64,000 nt of DNA, from positions 90,458,001 to 90,522,000 of the forward strand of contig OX597819.1 of NCBI GenBank assembly GCA_951406725.2. Direction: 5' to 3'. This document shows, one piece after another, positions 11,101 to 23,712 of the stretch. The notes below the pieces were generated by a model, which was given only the letters and a program-made list of their open reading frames with translations, was not told the origin of the DNA and did not search any database. The stretch comes from Octopus vulgaris. Lineage: Eukaryota. Position 1 is the first letter of the stretch. The number at the start of each line of letters is the position of its first letter. The translations under genes and the position numbers were made by a program.

Positions 11101-12989
11101 TTCCCTAATATTGTTTTTCTTTCTCCCCTTTTATTATTTCTAATTCTGGATTTCTTGGCAATATAACTTCTGTTCCAATTTTTTAAAATATTGTTTTCTA
11201 ATGGCCATTTAAAGAGTCAATGCTTTCATTTGGGAGGGTGAGCTATAGGTAGTTGCATATTACACACACATGTACACACCTAAACTCTAAATATTTGAGT
11301 TTCAATATTTGCTTTTTGTGCTGTCTCTAATTTGTTCTCTGAAATGGATATGATTAGTGTCACTTTCCAGAACAATTTTAAATTTGCTGGTTGTGGCAAT
11401 CCTCAATTTTTATTCTATAACATAGACACATTTAAATATGGTTATTTTGTGGACATCCAACTTCAGATGTCACCACTACTTATAATTCTGAAATATTTGA
11501 AATTTTTAATGTTACTCTCATTTAGTTGATGAATTGGACATGATTTTAATTTTATTGAAAGACATTTATTCAAGAGAAGTGTGTAAAATCTAGAAGTTTG
11601 CATTAAGTTTTGGCTAAAAATAATCTAGCTCTGAGATATTTCTATTAATATATATGCAAATACATCTCTTGGATTGTTTCCTTAAAAAGGTTCTTATTGA
11701 TTATTACCTTTTGACATTGCCAATCATGTATAAGAATTGCAATAATAAAGCTGTTTTCATTCAGCTATTATATGCTGCTTCAAAAACTGCTTTTTAGCTT
11801 TAAAACATTGCCATTCTAGATAAGTAAGTTTATATTTGATCAGCTCACCCTTCATATTATTGAATTCAATTCAGTTTGACTTAGCGTCACATGTTCAACT
11901 TTTTTTTCTCTTTTTCTCTTTTTTCAAAACAATCCCATTACATTAAGTTTTCTTGATATGTAATATATTTGCTAGTTCTTGTTTTATGATGGTTTTTGTT
12001 CAGAAATACAAACAAAACACATTAAGGCCACTTTTTTTTCTTTTTCTTCTTCCCTAACATAATAATTTGTCTATGCTCTTAATTAGGCTTTGCATGAACT
12101 GAAGTGTGGCTTCATTACTTAACTATATTGAGGCAAATAATTGCTTTCTCCTCTTCTCTTCTGTGCAGTGTACACAGCTGTATAAGTAAATATAAATGGT
12201 CGTTTATTCTTTGGAATTTTTGTTCACTCACTTGGTTGGTTTCTTAACCTTTTCCTCTTTCTTGGGACTCTAATGATTTACTAAAACAGACCAATATTAA
12301 CATTGCAATACATTTTCTCTTTTTTGTTTTTCTTCCCCTCTTTTTGTCAATATATATGTATATATATCTATATACACACACACATACATACATATATATA
12401 CATATATATATATATAATTTTTTCTTCAAGCATGTGTTATTTTATCAAAACAAAATATATTTGCTTTTAGTTTTAGTGAAACAGCAAAATTATTGATGTT
12501 AAAAAAAATAGTTATATCTATAGACAGAGAGTGTGTGTGTACTGTGCATCGTAATCAGCTTCATCTTACTCTAAGGTATGAACAAACTATCCCTTTCTTG
12601 CCCTATGCCCACGAGCTGAAGTGAGGATGACATCTCCGGTGCATCTTGTATTAAATATCATTTAATATAAGACATGTTATGACAATATTCTAGCACCCGC
12701 TGCTTCAATTTCAGCTCTCAACTATTCCCCTGGCTAATGTAGCCACTATATATTTTAGGGGAGAGAAGGGCAACTCATTTTTTTTCTTCTACTTCAATCT
12801 TCTTCCCTTTCATTTCAAGAACTTTTAATCAGGGAAAAATAAGCCCAAACCCAACTGTTGCTCTGACAGTATACTTAGGTATAACTACAACTCTATTCTC
12901 TCTACCAATCTCAATGGTTTATCACTGTACGTTGCGGAGGGCTAAACCCAGTGGTCAAAGCTCACAGTGGTATGGTTTGTCGTTATTTT

Positions 12990-12995
12990 AATAAA
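12990..12995 (+). terminator. Candidate distal polyadenylation signal
   Basis: AATAAA followed by tgttgttttgtg and T-rich tracts. Transposon remnants resume shortly downstream. Confidence 0.45.
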
Positions 12996-13382
12996 TGTTG
13001 TTTTGTGGAAATCTTTTTTGCCTTCTGTTTTTTTTTTCTTTAGTCTTCTATTTAACACAGCATTTGGAATACATGTACATTTTTTTTGTTTCAGTTCCAA
13101 AAAAAAAAAAACCCACTTAATTCAGGAACTTAAAATCAACCAGTTACAGGAAAACACACACATATATGTATATAGTAAAAGAGTGCGAAGTCCTGCCTCT
13201 TTGTTCATATTCGGACACGTTTCTAATATGTTGCTGGGCTGATAGCAGCAAATTTTGTGTGTGTATATATATGAAGATATAGAGAGGGGAGAAGAGCAGT
13301 TAAAAACCAAACTCCATTCATGTTTAATGGCTGTTGTTTGACTCAATAGGTTTCCTCAAGCACGGAGTGTTACCTGACGATT

Positions 13383-14650
13383 CAAAGGTACTTTTTAAAT
13401 GGGCTGGTTATATGACACTGGTGTAGGCTACAGCTGTAATCTCACTTTCCTTGCTGGGTCTTCTCAATCACAGTATATCTCCAGAGGTCTGTCTTTCGTC
13501 AACATTCAAAGGTCATTCTTCACCACTTAATTCCTTGTCTTCCTGGGTCTCTCTTTTCCATGGGTTCCTTCCACTGTTAGGGAGTGACACTTCTTCACAC
13601 AGCTCTCCTCATCTGTACGTAGCACATGACCACACCAGCGCAGTCATCTCTCTTGCACACTACATCAGATGCTTCTTATGTCCAACATTTCTCTCAGGAC
13701 GCTTACACTCAGTGGATAATACTAGCTTCATTTCTTTTGAGCCTATGCATGTCCTCAGTCACAGCCCATGTTTCACTGCTGTGAAGCATGGCAGTTCACA
13801 CATACATGCATCATACAATCTACCTTTAACTCTGAGTAAGAGGCCCTTTGTCACCAGTAGGGGTAGAAGCTTTCTGAACTTTGCCCAGGCTATTCTTATT
13901 CTAGTGGTAGCACTCTCTAAGCATCCCCCCCCACTTGATCACATAGGTAGCAGAAGCTATCAACTACCACTAGTTTCTTCCCCTGGCATATGATGGAATC
14001 AGTTTTCTGAGCATCTGTAGTGTTTATTGCCCCTGTGCAGCTGCTGCACACAAAAGCTATCTTCCCAGTTAACCTTCCTTTGATGTTGCTGCACTTATGT
14101 GTCCATAGCTTACACTGGGTACATCTTACAGAGTTTCTACCTACACCTTTTATGCAGATCGAGCAGGGCCATCTACTTGAAGGGGTTTGTGATGTGTTTA
14201 CCTTCGTACTTACTAAGACTTTGATTTTTGCAACATTGACTCTAAGGCCCTTTGATTCAAGACCTTGCTTCACCTGAAACTTCTCTGGTTCTGGTAGTAA
14301 TTCCATTATGAGAGCAAGGTCATCAGCATAGAGGAGCTCCCAGGGGTACCGTTCTTGCCTGGAGGACTATGATGAATCAGAGAGGGGTTATATTACGCGA
14401 AGCCCTACTTCTACACGGAATTCTTTGCTATACTTATTGCTGGCCTTTACCTTACTAATGGCATCCCTGTTCAAGGCATGTACAGCTCTTATTAACCACT
14501 CGTCAATCCCCAATTTCCGCATCTACCAGATAAGGGATCGGGGGACCTTGTCAAAGCCTTTCTCAAAGTCAACAAAAGACAACTATAGAGGTTTATCTCT
14601 GGTTAGGTATTTCTCCTGCAGTTGCTGTACCAGGAATGTAGCATCAGTGA
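13383..14650 (-). mobile_element. Degenerate RTE-clade LINE reverse transcriptase fragment with embedded Cys-rich module
   Basis: FVDFEKGFDKVP, PWELLYADDL, GLRVNVAK and WPCSIC..GVG.NS..CTQCKLWTH motifs, with frameshifts. Confidence 0.85.
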
Positions 14651-14984
14651 TGCTACTATCTGGCAGAAGCAAATGATCAGATATGAACTGGTTGTAAAAG
14701 CTCAAATGAGCTGTAGCAAGCAGTAAGGTTGAATATAATAGACACCTGCAGAGGGACTTCACCCTGCAGACCTCAGATTCCTTCTAAGATTGATCTATAA
14801 GAGTATGATGCTCTAATGACTGAGCTATGTACATATATATATATATATTATGTGTATGTATATATATGAGAAGAAAATGGATATAACAATGGGAAACTCA
14901 TGGTTTATGCTGGCATATCTATATACACACATGTATACATACATATGTATATATATTGTATATGTGTGCATATGTCTATATATT

Positions 14985-15415
14985 ATTGTTTAACGTCTGC
15001 TTTCCATGTGGGCATGGGTCTTCGGAAGTAAAGTTTATTGTCCAATGAATGGGGTATTTTCATAAGTAGGCTGGTTACACCCACTGACATAGGCTATGGT
15101 CTTCTCAAGCAGAGCATATCTCCAAAATCCCGGTCACTAGTCAATGCCTCGGTAAGCCTCAATGTTGCATGGTCGTGTTTCATCACCTCATCCCAGGTTT
15201 TCCTGGGTCTACCTCTTCCACAGGTTCCCTCAACTGCTAGGGTGTGACACTTTTTCACACAGCTGTCCTCATTCATTCGCAACACGTGACCATACCAGCG
15301 CAGTCGTCTCTCTTGCACACCACATCTGATGCTTCTTAAATCCAATTTTTCTCTCGGGGTGCTTACACTCCATTATGTATGCACACTGACATTACACATC
15401 CAGCAGAACATACTA
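14985..15415 (-). mobile_element. RTE LINE 3' fragment
   Basis: RRLRWYGHVLRM...GRGRPRKTW, homologous to 4760-4990. Confidence 0.85.
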
Positions 15416-15419
15416 GCTT

Positions 15420-15521
15420 CATATATATATATACTTATATATACATGCACATATATATATATATATATATATACATATATTCATGTATATATATACACAC
15501 ACACACACACACATTCATATG

Positions 15522-15553
<32 letters not shown>

Positions 15554-15598
15554 TACATATACACATATATAAAGATATATGCACTTATATATACATAT
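15420..15598. repeat. Compound (TA)n/(CA)n microsatellite
   Basis: Read directly from the sequence. Confidence 0.9.
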
Positions 15599-16559
15599 GA
15601 CAGATTTTTTTCAGAATCCGTCTACTAAATCCTCTCACAAGAATTTGATTGGCCCAACGTTTATAGTAGTAGAGACATGTCCAAGATGCCGCATAGTGGG
15701 ACTGAACTCGGAATCATATGGTTGGTAAGCAAGCTACTTACTGCACAACTGCTACTGCACCTATATATATGTATGTGTGCATCAACTATTTTAAATTGAT
15801 AGACTTGAAATGCTGCTTAGTGAAAAGTTACAATGTACTAAATTTCAGGCAAATTGAACTAAAGTTCTCCTGCCTGATTCAAGAACTCGTAACAATTTAG
15901 AAAGATAGTGTTTAACCTGTACTCAAACATGTTTTTTAACTTGTACCAGTGGAACTTCAAACACAAAAGGAAATGATAGACAAATGAAACCCAGGTAAAT
16001 ATATCTTGGAAGTTGTTCCCTTTCTGTGAAAACTCATGTTTGTATCAATTCTCTAAATCAGTTATATTGTGTCGTCCATTTCAAATTACTATAATTCACA
16101 GCTCCAAATACTACCATAACTTTCAACTAAGATGTTTCAGAGCCTCTATATAGCTTCTCAGCGTGCTTGAAATAGCAGCAACCAAATTTCCTTCAGATAA
16201 CACCTACCATCTTTAAAAAGGTTCACATTAGATAATGTGGTTTTGAATATGCTATTTCTGAGAGAGAAAAAAAAGTGGTGGGGTCTCAGGTTTGTTTGAT
16301 CAATAGTATATTTAACAACTATATGTGGTTCTCTTCTTGAGCCTTCTAACTTTGCAGCAGTTTACTTTATTCAAAATGTAAGAAATTCTTTAGCTTTGGA
16401 AATCGAATAAATAGGCCAAATCTGTGTTCTGGATTTCACTTCCAAACTATGCTCAAGTTAGGAAACCATAATAAAGTCACTCAATTGAACAGCCAAGTTT
16501 CTTGAATAATACTGTCTTTCTAATAAAAGTTTTGTAAGTCCTAAATTCTAGGACTGTAC

Positions 16560-16760
16560 TCATCATCATCATCATTATTTAACGTCCGTTTTCCATGCTA
16601 ACATGGGTTGGACTGAGGGCTGGCAACCAGATGGCTGCACCAGGCTCCAGTCTTGATCTAGCAGAGTTTTTACAGCTGGATGCCCTTCCTAATGCCAACC
16701 ACTCTGAGAGTGTAGTGGGTGCTTTTTGCAGGCCAGTCAGGCAGTACTGGCAATAACCAT
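16560..16760 (-). mobile_element. RTE-tail SINE/LINE 3' fragment
   Basis: (CAT)n followed by tttaacgtccgttttccatgc, the reverse complement of the 5340-5490 tail. Confidence 0.8.
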
Positions 16761-16909
16761 AACAATGTGGTACACCTAGAATACTAACTAAAATATGTTC
16801 ATGTGATCTAATATTTGCATATTCAGGGTAGACCATTTAATTGAATACTTTGTCACTTATCTGCTTGTTACAATCCCTACGATTATTGAATAATTCAGCA
16901 TTCACTACC

Positions 16910-17512
16910 TGTGTGAACAGCCATGCTTACATGGCAGTGAAACATGGGCTGTGACTGATGAGGACATGCATAGGCTTGAAAGAAATGAAGCTAGTATTCT
17001 TCACTGGATGTGCATTGACAGTTTATGTGTACAACAGTGTAAACATCTTGAAAGAAAAGTTGGGTGTAAGAGGCATCGGATGCAGTTTGCAAGAGACGAC
17101 TGTGTTACTATGGTCATATGATGCAAGTGGAGGAGGACAGCTGTGTAAAGAAGTGCTGATCTCTGTGGAAGGAGTAGTCCCAGGAAGTCATGGGACAAGG
17201 TGGTGAAGCATGATCTTTGAACATTGGGCCTCCCAGAGGCAATAAAGTGACCGAGACCTTTGGCAGTATGCCATGCCTGAGAAGACCCATCAAGCCAAGT
17301 GAAATTGTAGTCATGGCTGATGCTGGTGTCATGTAACTGGCACATAAAGAGCACCCATTACACTCTTGGAGTGGTTAGCATTAGGAAGAACATTCAGCCA
17401 TAGAAACTACGCCAAATAAGATTGAAACCTGATGTAGCTCAACAGCTTACCAGTTTCAGTTAAACTGTCTAATCCATGCCAGCATAGAAAGGAGATGCTA
17501 AATGATGATGAC
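16910..17512 (+). mobile_element. Older RTE LINE 3' fragment with (GAT)n tail
   Basis: Decayed homolog of 4760-5490. Confidence 0.75.
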
Positions 17513-17869
17513 AAAAATAGGAGGGCTGCCATCAGGAAGAGCATCTGACTACATAAATTCTGCTTGTCCAATAGAAAAGTAGGCATTGAAACGATGATGA
17601 ATTAGTCAGAAGGGGTTCTCATTACCTCATTCTCTTACAGACTGACAAGATTATGAACTTTCATAATCTCCAGGGGCAAATGGCAATTTCAGAAAGTAGC
17701 AATTCCATTGATTGAGGTCTAAGTGACACAATAGGAGAGAAATATCAACCACTTGAGTGGGAAGATAAGTGCTACTAGCTAGTTCAGGGAACAAGGAGGT
17801 AAAAATAGAAGAAACTTGTACGAATCAATTGTAGCATGTGAATGAGTGAATTTTAGCTAATCTGAGTAC

Positions 17870-18048
17870 AAATGTCTTGTTTTCATTAAGTTTTGAATTA
17901 AAATCTTCCACCAAACCTTAATCACAATTTATGTTCCTAACACTAGCTGAATGATAACTAAGTTATTTTACTAAATTCTTTGTTATATTTAAAGTAATTT
18001 AAAGAAACACAGAGCATCTCAAAATAAATACAGTAACGAATGGTTTAA
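17870..18048. mobile_element. Partial piggyBac-type MITE (right end)
   Basis: Ends cagtaacgaatggtttaa, similar to GTAACGAAAGGGTTAA at 2561-2576. Confidence 0.45.
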
Positions 18049-18377
18049 GGTACTAGGATATGACTTGTGGAAGTGTTTTTATGCTGCCATTTATAGCAAG
18101 TTGAGCAACTGTCTCCACTTGTGAAGAAAATAAGTACTTCGCAAGCAATAAGGTTGCCTCTCAGGAGAATAATTCTTATATTTAACTATTACTTAGAAAT
18201 AGAACAAATAATGTTCTATATGATTCAGTTTTTAATGTATTTTCACATTTTCCAAACTAGAAACTAATTTTTTAAAATTTACTCAATTCACAAAGCTGGA
18301 TATGAGAGTATAATGCCATAAAATTAAAACAACCAAATAATATAAAAAAAAAGAAAGAAAACACAAATTTATAGATA

Positions 18378-18469
18378 TTATTTTATTAAAACTAGTGTAG
18401 TGTATTTAGAACCTGATAATCCTCCAAACTGAAAACTTGGTGATGGAATGACTTCTTTTAGATGAAAAT
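18378..18469 (-). CDS. EEF1AKMT2: EEF1AKMT2 exon 6, terminal (DFHLKEVIPSPSFQFGGLSGSKYTTLVLIK*)
   Basis: tttttacAG acceptor, phase 1. Family motif P.F.FGG..G, TAA stop. The six exons sum to 660 nt (219 aa plus stop). Confidence 0.93.
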
Positions 18470-20239
18470 CTGTAAAAAGAAAAATGTTATAGGTTAAAAG
18501 GATGAAGGACAGCTATAGCATGTCCAGGGTCTCCTAGCCAAGAACAGGATCACAACTCTAGCAGTGCATTAGAATATCAAGTTATCCTCAAGCCAGAGAC
18601 ATAGTCTAATTGTGTTCATTTTCCTCGTACTAAAAGATGAGTATAGCCAACAATGTGTATTTTAGCTTGGGTCACAAGGTTCAATTCATCCTTAAGTCAA
18701 GTTTTCTGAAATGTATGTGCACACATTTGAAAAGGTAGTTTTAGACATAATGCCTATGGGAGGAGACAAGATACCGTAAAGTGATTTCCATGAATCTTAA
18801 TATATTTTATACAGGCCAATTAAACATTTGAATTTCTACCGGGCCTACTTACTACTTCATAGCACTGGTACTTATCGAGCTTGAAGCCTGATGCACCAAA
18901 CTACATTCAGGAAAATATCACATATAGCCCCACCAATATGCAGACAATGTGAAAGCAGATTATAAAAAAAGAAGCAGGTTGCCTGAACAAATGCAAAGAG
19001 TGAAACATCAGTTTTAAAAGTGTGTGTGTATTATTAGCAGTGCTCCAACATGGCCACAGCCTTAGAGCTGCAACATAAAAGAATATGTTTGTATGTGAAA
19101 ATAAAAAAAAGTATGAAATTTTAAAAATAGATGCTTACTTATTTTGTTTTTGTGTTAGTATGCAGTCAGCAAGATATTCAAATTCAAAGAACAATCATCA
19201 TTTTCAATTTCAATTTTCCATCTTGAAATGAGGTATAATAACTAATACATCAATTTATAGTAATAAACATTTCATCATCAATTGAGAAAACATTTCGTAG
19301 TGGAAGACCTTTATCTGAAACAACTGGTGAAGCCTCAATGACTGGATGGTTAAGATAATGGTTTAATAATTAAAAAATCTGACTCTGCCAATGATATTGT
19401 TAAGCTATGACTCTCTAATTGACTCAGTTTATCTGACAGAAAAATAAGTATGTTGCCTTTTTCATACATCTACAACAGCTGTTTGCATAAGTTTTCCAAT
19501 TTTTAGCAGACTTGTAGTGCACACTCTAGTGAAATTCCTCTCTCTTTTATTATATATACATACATTCAAACGCAACAGATAACAGCTAACTTTTGGGCGC
19601 TCTTTGGATCCCATTGTGTCCACCACTGATTGGTTGGTATTGGCACAATTTGTCTCTTAACTCTAGTGTGCCAATATGCAACTTAACCAATCGAAGTCCT
19701 TAAATAAGATTACATGAGACAGTCTGTTCACAATCCAATTTTCAGCCAACTATTATTTATAAAACTCACCTTCGCCTTGTCTTGATGTCTTTGGTTCCAA
19801 AGCTTCTAAGGCTTAACCACTGACCACACGACACAGCCAGTTCCAGCGATGACACCAGACAACACATGTCCAACAACATTACAGCAACTTCCATCTTCGT
19901 CGCCACCATCATGGTTCTCACCAACATCATAAACAGCATCGCTGTACAGGTTATAGCATAGCGCTGTCCGTGAGCTACCTCACCATGGTTAACAGCAAAC
20001 ATGCAACCCACTCAGATGCATGTAAATATATGAATAAATGTTCTCCAAACCTTCCATTCAGTTGCATCTCTCTTTTCCAACTGACACATTATATGTATTA
20101 TTTCAGCCTTCTGATATGAGTCGTTTAGATGGTCACAACACATACCACAGACCACTATCTATAGACTAATAGTATTTCAAACAAGTTGGGGGGAAATGAA
20201 CATAAAGAAAAGATCACTAATTGCATAATAAATACATAC

Positions 20240-20468
20240 CTCCTTTAAAATGTTCTAGCAGCTGTTTTTCAGTCCAGTTACATGAAGTTATAATAAAAAT
20301 GCCTGAGTCTACCAAAATTTGTCCTACTGCTGCAACATAAGCATTTTTAAAATGCTCAAATTGTCCTGGCATCAAAGAAATAGCATCAAATGTACCTTTA
20401 TCATGGCATACTTGATATTTCTTTTGAAGGCTAATTGCATTACAGTCCTTTTCCAATAAATCTGCAAC
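20240..20468 (-). CDS. EEF1AKMT2: EEF1AKMT2 exon 5 (VADLLEKDC...HDKGTFDAISL...IFIITSCNWTEKQLLEHFKG)
   Basis: Diagnostic DKGTFDAISL and ITSCNWT motifs. AG and GTATGT boundaries, 229 nt, phase 0 to 1. Confidence 0.96.
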
Positions 20469-20569
20469 CTGTCAAAATTTAAGAACATAATTATGTTTTA
20501 GCCATTTGCCACAGTTAAGAAAGAACTATCAATCTTATATGAACAGCATCACATTAATTTCTGCCTAGA

Positions 20570-21400
20570 TTAAATAGATTTTTTTTTTCTAGTAACCAAA
20601 TACTGGTTGCAATTCAACTTGTGATAATTTTTTTTTACAAGTCTAAGATTGGCTTGAAAGCTGCTTAGCAAGAAAACTACTTTAGTTGGAACAATTAGAA
20701 AGAACAGAGTTGAACTTCCAAGTGCTTTCACAAATGGAAAAGAAAGAGAAATCAACAGCACAATATTTGGATTTCAAAAGGATTCTAAGATCCTGTCTTA
20801 TTGTCCCAAGAAAAATTATGCTGTCACACTTATGAGTACAATGCACTCTCGGCCTTCAATTGATTCAAAAAGTGCTGAAAAGAAGCCTGAAGTTATTACA
20901 TGTTACAACAAAACAAAAGGAGGAATAGATACCCCAGAGAAGATGGTAAGGACATACACTTGCAAAAGAATGACTCAAAGATGGCCTATGGTTATATTCT
21001 ACAATATGATTGATATAAGTGCAGTGAATGCTTTCATTGTTGCTAAACAGCTTCACTTGCAAAGTTTCAAGGATAAAAGAAGACAGTGCCTAATTCAGTT
21101 AGGAAAGGAACTTGCTGGAGTTAATGCTGAACAAGAACATGACAAACAATCTTCTAGTTCTGCTAACATTTGTCAACCAAACAAGAAAAGAAGACGATCT
21201 TTAACCTCATTTGAGATTCTCCTCAACCAAAGAAAAAAGGAAGATGTTCTTTGTGTGCCCCCCCCCACTCTAAAAAAAAGACAGGAAAACCAGTACTACA
21301 TGTAAGAGTTGTAATATCCATGTTTGCCAAGAACATTCCAATGTTGTCTGCATTCACTGCGATGAAGACCTGTAATTCTGTTTTTTTGTAATTTTAAGAA
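20570..21400 (+). pseudogene. piggyBac (PGBD4-like) transposase remnant in EEF1AKMT2 intron 4
   Basis: TCDNFFTS, LVGTIRKNR, YNKTKGGID, RWPMVIFYNMID and a C-terminal Cys-rich tail. Contains stops and frameshifts. Confidence 0.9.
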
Positions 21401-21620
21401 TTTATAATATATTCTGTAAGCTGTATTTTTTTTGTATTAAATTTGTGAGAAACAGTAATTTGTCATTCAACTGATAGCATATATAATGTAGCCAAGAAAT
21501 AGTGTTAGTTTGAATAAAATTTAATTAAAAGAAAATTATTGAACCCGGTTGATAATTGGTGACATACAAGAAAGACATGACAGTGCTAACACATTAATTT
21601 TACATGAAAAATGTTCTTAC

Positions 21621-21728
21621 CTCAAAAGTAATATGGTTAATATTTTTGTTTTTAGCAACTGCTTTGGCAAAATTTACAGCATTTTCAGAATAGTCCAAGC
21701 CAGTGAGACATGAAAACCCCTGCTCAGC
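21621..21728 (-). CDS. EEF1AKMT2: EEF1AKMT2 exon 4 (AEQGFSCLTGLDYSENAVNFAKAVAKNKNINHITFE)
   Basis: Post-I motif LTGLDYS. AG and GTAAG boundaries, 108 nt, phase 0-0. Confidence 0.95.
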
Positions 21729-22539
21729 CTGTTAATAAAGATGAAAAGAGTAAATGGTCAGCTTGTTTTCACTCTCATTAGTAAATTACATGCTATCATT
21801 TTTAGTTCTCACTGTATAACTTGATTAATAGCAACAAAGACCAACAGCTGAAATTTTACTTTAGCAATCTGGGGAGGTCTTTTTAAATACCTTAACTTTT
21901 TTTTATGTATTATTTTTGTGGAAGTTGTATAGTTGATAAATTAGACCAGTCATGAGCAAACAACTGTCCACAGGACTTTTTGAATGGCATGTCTAATGTT
22001 AAGCCATATCTCATGCAGCTTGCTTCTCAAAATAAAAAAAGGCTGGGGGTAGTGGGGGGCGGGGGTTGACCATGCCTGAATCAGACCAAGATCATAAATA
22101 ATTTTCAAGGTGCAATGGGTAGGTTCCAATCAAAGACTGCAGCTGGCAGGTTTCAAAAAGCAAAGTTTCTTGTAGTATTTGAGGAAACACAATAAATATA
22201 CATGACAACGAAGTATCAAATATTTATCAATCAGGTGTTTAGCTTCCTCATGTATCTACTACACCTATGACCAAAATGCGTTATCACAAACACAAGAGCC
22301 ATTCTTCATAGTAGAACATTCCTCACCCTTTAAAGTGTCGATATTTACTTAAGACTTTAAAAAAAAATTTTAAAAGGCAATGTATCTCTTTGATGCTATT
22401 TTCATTATTGTCATTTTGCAATGTTTGCTTGCTGGTATGGGTTAGATAGGACAATTCCAGCATAATATTTCACTCTTGCCACTGTCTTTTGTCATCTAAC
22501 ACAACAGAGAAAATAACCAATCTTTGTATATTCTTATTT

Positions 22540-22733
22540 TTTTACTTGTTTCAGTCATTTGAGTGCGTCCATGCTCAAGCACCGCCTTTAGTTGAGCAAA
22601 TTGACCCCAGAACTTATTCTTTGTAAGCCTTGTACTTATTCTATTAGTCTCTTTTGCTGAATGGCCAAGTTATGGGGACATAAACACACCAGCATCAGTT
22701 GTCAAGCGACGTTGGGGTGACAAACACATACAT

Positions 22734-22780
<47 letters not shown>

Positions 22781-22955
22781 CATACATAGACGACAGGCTT
22801 CTTTCAGTTTCCGTCTACCAAATCCACTCACAAGGCTTTGGTCAGCCCAAAGCTATAGCAGAACACACTTACCCAAGGTGCCATGCAGTGGGACTAAACC
22901 CAGAACCATGTGGTTGGTAAGCAAGCTACTTACCACACAGCCACTCCTGTGCCTA
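22540..22955 (-). mobile_element. Full-length tRNA-derived SINE
   Basis: Reverse complement of 28821-29218, including the internal (TA)n/(CA)n tract. Confidence 0.88.
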
Positions 22956-23524
22956 TGTGCATTTTTTTTTTCATTGGATGCCCTTTTGTTAGCCACTTTA
23001 CTGTATACACTAGTTATGTTTTATGGTACTTTTAACCCTAGAAGTGCCTACCAGGCCTACAGAATCCCCTCTACCTAGAATCAGGTTTTATTCAGTTACA
23101 GCTCTCATAGAAGAGTGACCTTCATTGTGGCATGCAAGGCTCCATATCAAATATATGGGGCTTCCAGAAGAAGTAAAGGGAAGTGTTTTAAAATTTAATG
23201 CCTTTAATAGTATTGTAATACTCAATAGTGAAATAAGAATATCTATTTTTGTTCAGATAACCACGATGTTTTTTACATAAGAGTACAGTGCACAACCAAA
23301 TGCATTATCTAACAGTCCTAACCAGTAAACTGAACCATGCTCATTTGCTTCAATTAGTCTATGTTAACATTACATTTTTAGGGTTCATTATACCAAAGGT
23401 GTTTAAGTAGGTATCATCATTATCATCAACATCTTTCTATTAAATTTTTTATTTTCATGCTGGCATGGGTTGGGCAAGTTTCATGGTGTCACATTACTTG
23501 CCTGTAGTCAGCTATATATATATA

Positions 23525-23681
23525 GTTAGGAAGGCGTTAGGAAGGGCATCCAGCCGTAGAAACACTGCCAGATCTGACTGGGCCTGACGAAGCCTTCCAG
23601 CTTCACAGACCCCAGTTGACCCGTCCAACCCATGCTAGCATGGAAAACGGACGCTAAACGATGATGATGATGATGATGATG

Positions 23682-23682
<1 letters not shown>
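23525..23682 (+). mobile_element. Young RTE-tail fragment with (GAT)n
   Basis: Nearly identical to 42308-42450. Confidence 0.85.

Positions 23683-23712
<30 letters not shown>

Larger units (their letters stand above)
6134..13020 (+). other. Transposon-free U-rich region: probable long 3' UTR and alternative-last-exon zone of the RNA-binding gene
   Basis: No SINE, LINE or MITE recognised over about 7 kb, unlike the rest of the window. AATAAA at 12990-12995 is followed by GU/U-rich sequence, with further AATAAA near 9300, 10317 and 11744. Confidence 0.6.

Noticed and set aside
15329-15628. Tyr/Ile/His/Thr-rich ORFs (also at 12244 and 22699)
   Set aside because: Translations of (TA)n/(CA)n microsatellites.
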